Assembly: GCA_964493115.1 (NCBI GenBank)
Contig: CAZBNF010000001.1
Location: forward strand, 1,786 to 65,785
DNA length: 64,000 nt
DNA from: an uncultured Planctomycetia bacterium
Lineage (GTDB): Bacteria > Omnitrophota > Gorgyraeia > JABMRG01
Direction of reading: 5' to 3'
Under the pieces are notes generated by a model. The model worked only from the letters and a program-made list of their open reading frames with translations, ran no database searches and had not been told where the DNA came from. Both the position numbers and the translations under genes were made by a program. Below, piece after piece: positions 10,401 to 22,400 of this stretch. How positions within the stretch are numbered: position 1 is the first letter of the stretch; every line of letters begins with the position of its first letter.

Positions 10401-13400
10401 CATTGCTGAAAAAAGTCTAAAATCAGGATGAATTCTAAATATCTTTTCTTTTGTCAGCTTTTCGATTGCCCTTTGCCTCGCTTCTTCTTTGGATACTCCC
10501 GAAGTAATATATTCCTTTATAAATACATCTAATTTCTTTTCGTATTCAACACTTGATATAAGTTTTTCGTTCTCATGTTCGGTTATCACCAAACAAGAGT
10601 CATCATCTAGAAGTGAATTTATGCGCTCTAAAATTTCAGCTTCAGCTAAATTAATTTCATCAAATAGTACCCACCATCCTTCTTTAAGCGCTCTCACTAG
10701 CATACCGTCCTGCCAGAAAAATTCGTTCTTCTTTCCCTCAACAGGAACATATTGCCCAATGAGTTCGGAAGTATCTGTTTGAGCATCTAAATTCATCCTG
10801 GCAAAATTATTTTGCGTAAGATGTGCTATATAACGAATAAATGAGGTTTTCGCACTTCCTGTCGGGCCTACCAGCAGAACTTTTTCATTCATCATAACAG
10901 CCTTGGCAATTCTTCTTAGATAATGTAAAGTACTCTGTGTGTGGGTTAAGATTGCTTCGCGTCCCGGTATGTATGGGCCTCCTCTTTGATTTTTGGGTAC
11001 AACTATATCTCCAAAAATAGAGTCAGATTGCACAATTTGCGGACTTTGGCCTAAAACAGATTGTTTCTCAAACGCTATCCTTATAAGTTCATTGGCCAGG
11101 AAGTCCTGTTCATCTTCATCACGAATTCTATCGCTATAAACCTCCCAAAGCTCTCGCATAAGGATATCATCCCTTTGGTAACCATCTAGAGGCATGCTTG
11201 TATTGTTTTCTTCTAAATCTATTATACGTGCTACTCGTTTTCCTAATTTTAAAAGATCGCGAATTGAATAGTGATACGGATCAACTGCATCTTTTCCAAT
11301 TTCCCGTAGCTTAGCTGCTGTTGATATGCGCTCATGAACAATACCAAGCCTGTCTAATGACCCGTCTCCTGAAATAAAATGCTTTTCAATGTCGTCTTTA
11401 AGGGCACCTGTTTCTTTAGCATAATACTTTTCTAAAAGTACGAGTTTTTTTTCTGTGGTGGTAAGCTCATCTATCCACTTGACCCTAAATCTATTCATAA
11501 GAGCGGGGGAAAGAATTTTACGCCCTGCATATTCAGCAGGATTCATTGTTGCAAATAAACGGAAATCGGGATGAACACAATAAATCCTTCTTCCGTCACT
11601 ATCTACAAGATAGTTAACTTTTCTAAACTCATCGAAGAACTCTTCAGCTCCCTGTCTTTTTTTCTCTTCATATACTCCGATAGACTTAAAATGCTCTCCT
11701 AAGTGTTCTGCCAAAACCAATGTGCGATCATCGTCTAAAAGCGAGTTTAGTCTTTCAAGAACCTGTGATTCTGCAAGATTTAACTCATCCAAAACCAGCC
11801 AATGCCCATAAAGCATTGCCTCTAACAGTATTCCGTCTTTCCACTTAAATACTCCTGATAGATCCGGCTTATATCCTCCTATAAATTCTGTTTTATCGGT
11901 TTGGCCGCTTAGGTTAAATCTCCTAAAACTGTGCCTGGTCAAATTAGCTAAATATCGCACCAAAGATGTTTTGCCTACGCCTGTTTCTCCTATTAATAAA
12001 ACAGGGTCATCTAATAATACAGAAAGAGATATTTGTTTTAGGGCCTTGACAGTATCTATAACAGGGATTAATTCAGAATTTTCTGATTCAGGAATAAAAA
12101 CTTGCGTATTTCCTGAATCCTGTAATGGCGCGGGTACAAAGATTTTATATATAAGAGCGCCGTTGTCCAACCGCTTGATTGCGTCTGGCCGCAATGTTTT
12201 TAGCATATCATCTTTGCTTGTAGCTTCTTTTTTTATACTTGCCACTATATTATTACTTTCAAGTAACGCATTACGATATTTTTTAAAGGTCTCTATTATC
12301 AAAGGTCCATAGCTTGATAAAATTTCCCTAAATCCAATCCATTCTCTCTTTTTAATTTCATCACCATATATTGCTTTTATAGGTTTATATACGATTTCTC
12401 TAAATGTAGTTGCGGCTAAAATAGTAAAACTGGAAATAAAATAACCAAAAGCTCCTCCGGTAATCGCGCCAAATGCAATCTGTGTCCACTGCGGAACCCA
12501 CCCAATAATAGGAATTACGGGCAGGCTGTCTATTTTTGCAGTATGGAATAGCGAAATATTGAAAATTATACCCAATATAAAGCCTGATAAAAGCGTAAGC
12601 TTGCCATACCACGTATTAAAATAATTAAGTTTTTCTTCTGATTCAAATGGGAAGTGAATAAATTTGCCTTCTTTCGTTTTTTCAAGCAATGAATAAAAGT
12701 CCTCTAAATCCAATGCCAATTTTTTATATCGTGCAGAAAGTATTTGTAGCTGCGGTAAATAAATAAGATAATATGATTGCCCGAGTAAATCTAACAGGCC
12801 AAAACTAATTCCAAATACCCCCGAAAATATACTTAAATAAGCAGAAAATACAAGTATACTGCTAGTTGTGTATAAAGCTAAAATTACGGGCAAAGTAAGC
12901 AGGCCTGCTACAATAGTGCCTGTGACTAAATAGGTAGCGGCGTTTTCTTTATTGAATCTCCAAATCCTGCTTCCAAATAGGTATCCCAAAAAAGCAATTA
13001 AAGCTGTGCTTAAGCTAAAAGACGAAGCTTGCAATATAAAAGGTGTAGCAAAAATCATTACTGCTGAACTAATAAGAAGTAAAGAAATTATTGTTGATTT
13101 TTTCTTTAAAAACCCAAATATACCCAAATAATCTCCTGAACTGTCTTTTAATCTAATAAGTCTTTGCAAAGTCTTATCCCATGGCAATTTATCGGGGCGC
13201 TTGCCAGGGTTTTGCGAAAGACGCGGTATAGCTTTCTGTTCCCATTCCACCCATTCTAATTTTTCTAAAACCAAAGCTGAAGTTAATCTTAAATCTTGAT
13301 TATCATCGCTTAGAAATACCGCCAGCTTAGCCGCAAATGGTGTAAATTCATTAACAAAATTCTTATCCCTTGGGTCAAATACCTGACTTAACGTTTCCAT

Positions 13401-16400
13401 TGCTGCTTGTTTTATTTTTGAATTAGGGTGTTCTAAAGCTGCATCAATTAATTCAAGGGCAATGCCTTTTGGTAAAAGAGCAAAACCATATATACCATGG
13501 ATCTGCTTATCTGGATTAGTAAGATTAGAAAAAATATGGATTAAATATTTTTCCCGAAGTTCTTTGGGAAAGCCTAAGGTTAAATCAACAAACTTAGCGG
13601 CTAACTTCTGTGAGGCTATATCCATGCCTTCGCTTTTTCCCTGGCTAATTAGCTCATTAAAACTTACGCCTTCCCCTAAAAGCTCTCTTTCCTCTTCAAC
13701 GCTAATCGCCTCAAGCCCCCCAATACCAGACTGGACTGCCTGGGTAAAAATTGGCCCTAGTATTTCTTTATAAAATATATCCTTATCCCCTGAAATATGT
13801 TCTTTTGTTCTGGCAGCTGACCCATATAATCTGTCACAATATATATATATAGCGCCATCAAAAATAGCTCTATTTATTCCCCAATACCAAATATTATGAG
13901 GATCTGTCTTGATTTGTTCAAAAAATGCTATGGATTGCATGGTTTTTTCTATACCAGACTGTAATTCCTTCTTATATTCTTCTATCTTCTGAGGATCGCT
14001 TATCTTTGTTATCTCTTCTTTTATCTTAATTATCCGGGATGCTAGCTTTTGCTTATTGTCAGCATTTTTTTCTCTTTGTAGCAGACCTTCTAACGGGTTT
14101 AATTTTACTTCTTTGAGTTTTTCTATATATTCTTGTTTTTTTACAGGATCGGATATCATGGTTAATATTTCTCGTTTTTCATTTAATTGCTGCCTGTTAT
14201 CCTCAACTGATTTCGCAATAACTCCTTCACCAATCTGCATAACTAGATTTCTAATAAACTCAGCCCAATCCTTTAGGTCTCTAAGGCTAAAGTTATAATC
14301 TTCAGCATTTCCAGATAAAGCAAGCCTATTAAATCTATTCTCTCTGATCTTATTCAAAATAGACATATGGACTGAAGCCATAACTTCTATTATAGTATCC
14401 AAAGATTTGCCTTGAATAGGCGGTCCTTTAAATAAACCTTCTTTGGCCAAATAAAAACGTATAATTTCTTTTAATTCTTCGGGGGAAAAATCCCCGCTAA
14501 ACCATTTTTCAATAAATTTATTTTTCATTGCTAAAGACAGCCTATTTCTACCAGCATAATGCTCTGGATTCATAGCAGCAAATAGCCTGAAATTTTCATG
14601 AATACGGCGTAAATTAGCCATATTTTCACCATTAGCTTTTTTTTCATCATAAACATAACCAGGAATCCAGACTTCCCCTTTATGCTCAGTCACTACTAAT
14701 GAACCATCATCATCTAAAAGTGAATTTATGCGCTCTAAAATCTCAGGTTCTGCTAAATTAAACTCATCAAGAAGAAGCCAGTACCCTTCTTTCATTGCCC
14801 TAATCAGATCTCCATCCTGCCACAGAAACTCGGAAGTCCCCTCTTTGGGGATATTTTTACCGATTAAATCTCCAATATCGGTTTGACTATCAAGGTTAAG
14901 ACGAATAAAATTATTCTTTGTTAAATAAGCAATGTTTGTAAGCGAAGCTGTTTTTGCACTTCCTGTCGGGCCCACCAGAAGAAGGTTTTCTTTCATTTCA
15001 ATCGACCTGGCTAAATTTCTTAAATTTTTCTTCGTAGCAGGAATGGGGGCCAACTCTGCTTTGCTGGTAGGGATAAACAAGCCACCCTTCTTATTAATAG
15101 GTAAAGCAACGTCTCCAAAATACACTTTATTTTTAGGCTCATCTATTTTTATCTCTGTGTCAACCTGCGGAGGTTCGCATCCAAATACTTGTTCTTTTCT
15201 AAGCAGGCCCTTAAACAATCTTTGATCTGCTTCTGATTTCAGGCTATCGCCATAAACTTCCTGCGCCTCAAGAGCAAGCTGTTTGTTGATAATTTCAGGG
15301 GAAGGGATATTGCTAAGCCTAGATAGCCATTGCTGGATACGTAAAGCAAGCCTAAAGAATTGCCTAATTGTAAAATAATAAGGCTGGCCAATTTCCTTGC
15401 CTAATTCTCCTTCCTTACCAGAAATACCGGCTAGCTCAGCGTAGAAATTGGAAAGCCTGTTAATTATATCATCGTTTAAATGATATTTTTTTCTTAAAAT
15501 TTCGCATATTTCATCTTGAGTAAAGTTTCGTATCCATTTAACCCTGAATTTATTCATTAAAGCAGGCGAAAGCTGTTTTCTACCCTCATATTCGGGAGGA
15601 TTCATTGTAGCAAAAATCCTGAAATTAGGATGTATTCTAAAAATACCCCTCGCAGACAGCTGAGTAATAGCCTGTTTAATCAGATTTTCTCTTGTGCCGG
15701 TATGGCTACCTGCATATTCGTTAACCAATTTATCATAATCTTTAGCTTGCAGCCATTGCTCTCCTTTATGTTCATTGATCTTTAAGTAGCCCTTTGGTTC
15801 AAGAAGATAACGAATACGTTCGATTACTTCTGGTTCAGCTAAATTAATCTCATCTAGAACGAGCCAGTGTCCTTTCTGCATTGACTCAATTAGAATGCCA
15901 TTGTACCATTCAAACTTAACCCCTTTCTGTTTATCAAGGCCCTTTTTATGAGCAATTGCCTCTGCAACATTGGCAACCAATTCCCATCTACGGGCGCTTA
16001 AGGCATCTTGTATTAGTTTTTTGGCTTTTGGAAAAGATATCTTGCCTCCAGTAATTAATCCTACTGATTCGGCCAATATCCGCTGCTCCTGTCTTGTCGA
16101 TGCTGCCACAGCTTGATTAATAATATCAATTGCGTCTTCCCGCGTTAAATATGTATGCGAAGGCTTAAAGCCTCCGATAAACTCCAGCTTATCAGTTTGA
16201 CCATTAAGGTTAAAGCGTCTAAAAGCATTTTTAGTTAAAAAAGCCAAATCTCTAACCAGGGATGTCTTGCCAACACCTGTTTCACCTATTAAAAGAACTG
16301 GGTCATTTAAATCTACTGCCAAGGCCACTTTTTCAAGATCCTCTATTGTCCTGGGTATAAGAACAAGTTCTGCCGACTGCCTGCTAGGTATATATTCGGA

Positions 16401-19400
16401 ATCAGTAGAAACATTTATTTTTATTTTCAGATCACCAATTGTTATATCTCTATCGTTTTTAACAATATTGTTTATAGCTTGTTCTTTAGACAAAAGCGCT
16501 AATAAATCAATTTTTCTACCCTCTTTATAATCTGCCAATTCAAGAACTTCTAAATCTAGACTCAAAGCATTTATATTATAATAAAATCTATCTTTATCTT
16601 TTTGGTTTTCCATGCGGTCAGCATAAACATAAACAGCACCTTTTATAAATGATGTGGCAGCCCCCCATTGGGTGTGAAAACGTTGATAAAATTTAGCCCA
16701 TTTATAGAGTTCCCTTAAAGTGAATTCATAAGGTTCGAGCTTGTTTTCTCCTATATTCCTTTTGTGAATATCTGCTACCATTTTTCTGTGAAACCTTACC
16801 ATAAGATTAGCTATTTTAGGCTCTATATCATATTTTGTTCCAAGATAAGAAGCTATTCTTTTCGAATGCAAATCTTGCCATAGAGATATTACTTTATCTC
16901 TTAACACAACCATTATTGCAGCGGATAAACCGTGCTGCAAATCCTTAGGGTAAAACTGCCTAATGTACTTAATCAGTAAATCTGGAATTTTCTCTATTCC
17001 ATAATTCTGGGCGTACGTTAAGATCTCATGGAATTTTCTATCATCGAGATCATTATCTGCTTTGAGCACAGAAAGAACTTCTTCTTGTTGGCTGGGTACG
17101 AAAGAAAGGAAACGCATTATTTCATGACGGAGAACGGTAAGCTCCTCTATCACAGGAGGGGCCCTCCGATTTAAGGATTCAACTAAAATATGCTGTAATT
17201 CATGCTCTATTTCCATAAATAACAAATAGTAAGATTTAAAAGCATCTTTATCAATTATAATTTCGTGAGTATTCTTGTCCAAATGCATAAGGCGGTCATT
17301 GCCTGTAACAATTTTGATTTTGGTTATTTTTTGAATTGCCTGTAAATTTCCCGACGCGGCTAATTCAGATAAAACTTTTTCCAGCATTCCCTTTTCTTTA
17401 GAGGTAATTAAGTCCTTGTAGTTGGAATTTATTCGTAATTCTATATTCAATCCGCTTCTAATAAATGCTTCTGCAATAATCATAGGTTTTTGGTTTAAGC
17501 CAACATGCCTTAATATGGATGACGCTTTCCTTTTAGTTTTCTGTTCTCTTATATATTTAATAAATCCAAATAAGCCCCCAATACCCACCAAGATTATAAG
17601 ATATGACGGGGCTAATACTCTCGCCCATTTTTTTATTTCAGGCCATGTAACATAATTGAAGTGGAGGTTTTGATGAGTCTTTTGCGCTTCCAGATAATCT
17701 ATTTTCCATAAAACTGCTTTAGCCAAGCCGCTTAATTCTAGATCGGACTTATCCCAAATAGAATTAGTAAGCGCTCTTTTTGAAGGAGCGCCTATTCTAA
17801 CAAGAACATTAAGAAGAGCCTGCCTTGTTAAGGGGTTTTCATTACGTAAATTTGCAACCAATTCATCACAAGCAGGCTTACCTATACTTACTAAGGCCTC
17901 TGCTGATAGTTGTCTTGTCAGGACATCTTTGCTTTCCAAACCAACAATAAGGGCTCTAACTCCTTGCGTATCCAGCATCTTTATAGCGTTTAAAGCATGG
18001 GCCCGTTCAGTTTCCGGAGATTCTTGAGAAGCTAACACTCTTACTAATCTATAGACAATTTGCGAGTTGGACTTTTCTTTTAACTCTGCAATCGCGGTTT
18101 TTCTAATATTTTCACCATGATGTAGAATTCTCTGCAAAAATCTGTCTATGTACACATTATCAAGAGCAATTATCTCTTCAATTGCCTTGGCAGTAGTTAA
18201 CCTAACATATTCATCAGGATCATTTAGAGCCTTATTTAAAAATATTTGTATGTTTGGAGGTGAAAGCCTGCCCAAAGAAAAAACCGTTTGCCTGCGTACA
18301 TAAGGATTCGGATCATCTAAATAAGGCGTTAGCGAATTAATAATCTCCTGAGAATAGCTAAAATTACCTAAAATATTTGCAGCAACCGCCCTAACCCGCC
18401 AATCAGAATCTCTTAAACTTGCGGCTATCCTATGAGCAACTAAATTTCGAAATTGATAATTAAGAGAGGCTCTTTCCAAGCTAACTATTGCTGCTTTGCG
18501 CACAAATAGATCATCATCCTGCAGGCGTTCCATCAACGGGCCAATGGATTGCGCAGTATCAAAGCCTCCATTAGAGCCCAAAGCCTGAACCGCAGCCTTA
18601 CGCACTCGTACTGATTTATCATTGGTAATGCCGATAAGCGGGCCCACGGCTTGCTTGTCCGTCATTTGAGCTAATGCAATAGCTGCTCTCCAGCGAACAT
18701 CTTCGTTTTGGTTCTGTAAAGCCGGAATAAGCAAATTAATTGATGCGTCAGGGTTGTTGATATCCAACAAGGCGTTTAAAGCGCCTTCTCTTACCGTGTA
18801 AGCATCAGAGCCAAAAGCTTGAATTAAAGAAGGAATTGCAGGAACGCCTATCCTGGTAAGCAATTCTACCGATTGTTTTCTTGCAGAAGGATTCCAATGG
18901 TTTAACCTCTCCACAAGAGGGCTCACTGCTTCGGGGCCGATTTTCGCTAAAATATTTTGCGCTTCTTCTCCAGTTTTTTCATGATCAGAAATCCGAAGAA
19001 GCGGCATAGCAGCAGGCCGGCCTATTTGGACAAGCGCTTCTTCGACAATGCTTCTTTTTATCTCGAGATTACGAGAACCATAATAAGGACGATTATGTTC
19101 AGCTTTTAAAGGATAGATTAGATGCTCGCCTGATATAGTGCTGTTTTTTAAAATTCTAATAATGGGCCTTACCGCTTTTTCTGCCCGTAATCTGCCCAAA
19201 GTTTGTATTGAGATATTTACTATATCGCTCTCTCTGTCATCCAGCCTTTCTATAAACGGTTTGATTATATCAGGGCTATTACTTCTTGCTAAAACCATTG
19301 CTGCTGTGCGGCACACCTCATCGTCGTTGTCTTGCAGTGCTTTAAGCAGTATGGGTGTAGGATCAGCCCCGCTTATATGTATTATCGCCTCAACAACTAC

Positions 19401-22400
19401 TTGAATGTCAAAATCTTTATCATAACGACCTTTTGCCATTAATAGCAATGGCTCTACAGCCCTGCTGTCATTCAGTTGAGTTAGTGCGTCAATGGCTATT
19501 TTCCAATTTATGCGCCTATTTTGCATGGCATTTATAATCGGTTCAACCGCTGCTTTATCACCTATTATTCCTAGAATTTTAGCTGCAAAGTCAGCCCTGT
19601 TAAGCCCATCCCTTCTATAAGTATGGTGTCGGCTCGGGCCATCTAATGCACTGATCAGAAAACTTACCGCTGGTTTTCCCATATTTACCAGTGCGTTTTC
19701 ATCATAGTTATCTATAGATCTTAATATGCTGGCTTCTTGAGAATCTGTCTTGACACGCGCTAGAGCCTTTACAGCGTGCTCCCTTATTTCCCAATCGCTA
19801 TCGCTGGATGCCCTCATTAAAAAATCTACTGCTTGAGGGTTATTTAATTCAGAAACAATCTCCACAGCCCTTCGCCTAACACTTGGATTATCATTAGAAA
19901 GAACCTTGGATGCTGCTTGCATTACCTGCTGAGGATGATCTTTGCCAATTCTAACTAAAGCTGCCTTTGCAGTATCTTGATATTGAGAGTTATTAATATC
20001 ACGTAACATATCCGCCAAACTAGATAACGCAGGTCTTCCTATTCGCACAAACGCATCTGTAACTTTGCTTTGAAGTTCTGAATTCAGGCCTAGTATTTTC
20101 TTTAACAATTCAGTATCTGTAGTATTTTCTATAACACCTAACCTGTTCAATGAAGCAACGGCTGCGCGTCTTACCTCATAAGAACTATCGTTTAATGCTT
20201 CGATTAAAGGCTTAATAGCCTGGCTGTCGCCGCAAATGCCCAAAGCCTCAGCAGCAGCTTCTCTTATAGATGTTTCTCTGTCCGATAAGGCCTCAATAAG
20301 TGAAATGATTATTTTCTGATCCCGCGAACCCCGCTGTTTATGCTCCGTCAACCCTTTTATGGCTGTAATTCTATTCGCTGATTCTTTACTAGAAAAATAA
20401 ACAGCGGTTTTATAGCCTATGAAACCAGAAATGCCCGAAAATGCTATAACTAAAAATAAGGCTACACCACTTACGGGGCGTGATAATTTCTTTTTTATAA
20501 TATATCTCACTGTAGCAAAAAGTGACAAGAAGCCAAGGAACCCAAATGTTACCCACATGGTTGTTATAGATATGTTGTTCAGTAACTTTGCAAGTTCGTT
20601 TACAGATGGGCTGGATTTTTTTAATAGTTCTTCATGCATACCAATGCTATAGAGTAAATAAAAGCAGTAAACCATGAAAAAAACACTAGCAGCTGTTATT
20701 TCTTTACCTACTCTTTTCTCTTCTATTTGTCCTTTAATAAATTCTTCTGTTTTTTCAACCCCCTTTATAAATCCGCTTATAGGATAATAAATTAGGTATT
20801 TGCCAAAATAATAAGGCAGCAATACTGTATGCTTGATAGCTTTACCTATGCCCTTGCCTACGGCTTTAGAATTCTCAACACTTGCCTTAATAAGATAACC
20901 TGCTCCCACAATAGAGCCTAAACCAAGAATGCTAAGGCCTATCCATTTAAAAACCATGCCTGCCAACCGGCGCCGTTCGGCTTCCACGCGTTTACGTTCT
21001 GCCTGCTCCTGCTCTCGTTTAATTCTCTCTTCTTGGCGTTTACGCTCTTGCTCTATTCGGGCTGCTTCTGCTCGTTTTTGACGCTCTATTCGAGCTTTTT
21101 CTTCTTCGAGTCTTTGTTGCTCTGTTTTTTCAGGTGTTTCAACCGTCTGTTGGGGGATTGCCTGAGGCCTCTGCCTCACAGTAGGCAACTCTATCTTGGT
21201 TTCCTCCTCACTTGGCTGGGTGGTTCGCATAATATGTTCTTCTGGAACAGGCTGTTGTGCATGTATTTGCGGCGTAAATCCTAACCAGGAAGAAACTATA
21301 ACTAACCCCATCAAAAACATTTTGGGGCCCTTAAACCAGCGTTTGGCCCTATCTAACATTCCTGATTTTGGTAATTTAGATTTACTGATAGCCTGATTTA
21401 TGTTTTGCTCTTCCTGGTTTACTCTTTCAAGGAGATTTTTTAATTCTTTGATAATTTCACTCTCCGGGCGCCTCGCTGTCTTGCTAATTCTATCAATCTC
21501 ATATGATGAATTTAATACATCTTTAATTATTGCTCTTGTATCTTCAAAAGGCTGTGTAAGAATATAAACATCAACTTCTCCAACTAAAGAAATCCACCTC
21601 TCCCAGCTTGCTTTTGTCACAAGAAATCTTATCGCATCCCGCCCACCAGCCTCAGCGAGAGCGATTGTAATTGCTCTCATCAATTCTATCTTCAATCTTT
21701 CGTTCCCAATAATGCTAAGTGGATATTTATCAATTAATGTTTGAACAATGTAAGAACGCTTCTCCGTCTGCGTAGGGGTTGCTAACCCAGCCCCGATTTT
21801 GCCTAATGCTAAAATTGCTTCTAAACCAGTCTTACCTCCACTGATAGAATTTGTGAGAGGCGCAATAGCTTCTTCTGCACCGACAAATCCTAATGCGCGA
21901 ATTGCATTAACCTTTATGCTATCATCTGGGTCAAGACTGGTTAAAGATTTTAACAATATCGAAATTAGTTCGGGGTCTATTTGAATTTCCTTTATTCTAT
22001 CTATAAATTCAACCGGTGGTTGAGTTAATGCGCGTGACTCTGGAAACTTTTTATCAAACATATCAGTTCTATCTTTAAACTCGCATAAAAGCGAAATTAT
22101 TTCTACCTTAGGATTTCTTATCTTAAATTTAGCCAATTCCAGGGCAGATAGTCTCAGAAGATCCCAGTTAGATTCTTTGTCGTTTAAAATATCCAGCAAA
22201 GGTTGTTTAATAATCAGCTCTCTTGATATCTTAACTAACCTCTTTAATCTCTCGTTTTTGCTGGCAACGGCAAGCGTTGTGTCATTTTTGGTTTCTTCAA
22301 TTTTCTTATTTAATGCTTCTTTAACAATGTTTTCATCCATATCTTCTATACATTCAATTATAAAATTTATAATCTCTTTATCGGATTCTTCAAAAAAAGC

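Noticed and set aside
12400-12612. A 70-aa minus-strand ORF inside the giant gene region.
   Set aside because: It is in an alternative frame of the same strand as the giant ORF and is fully embedded in it, so it is spurious.
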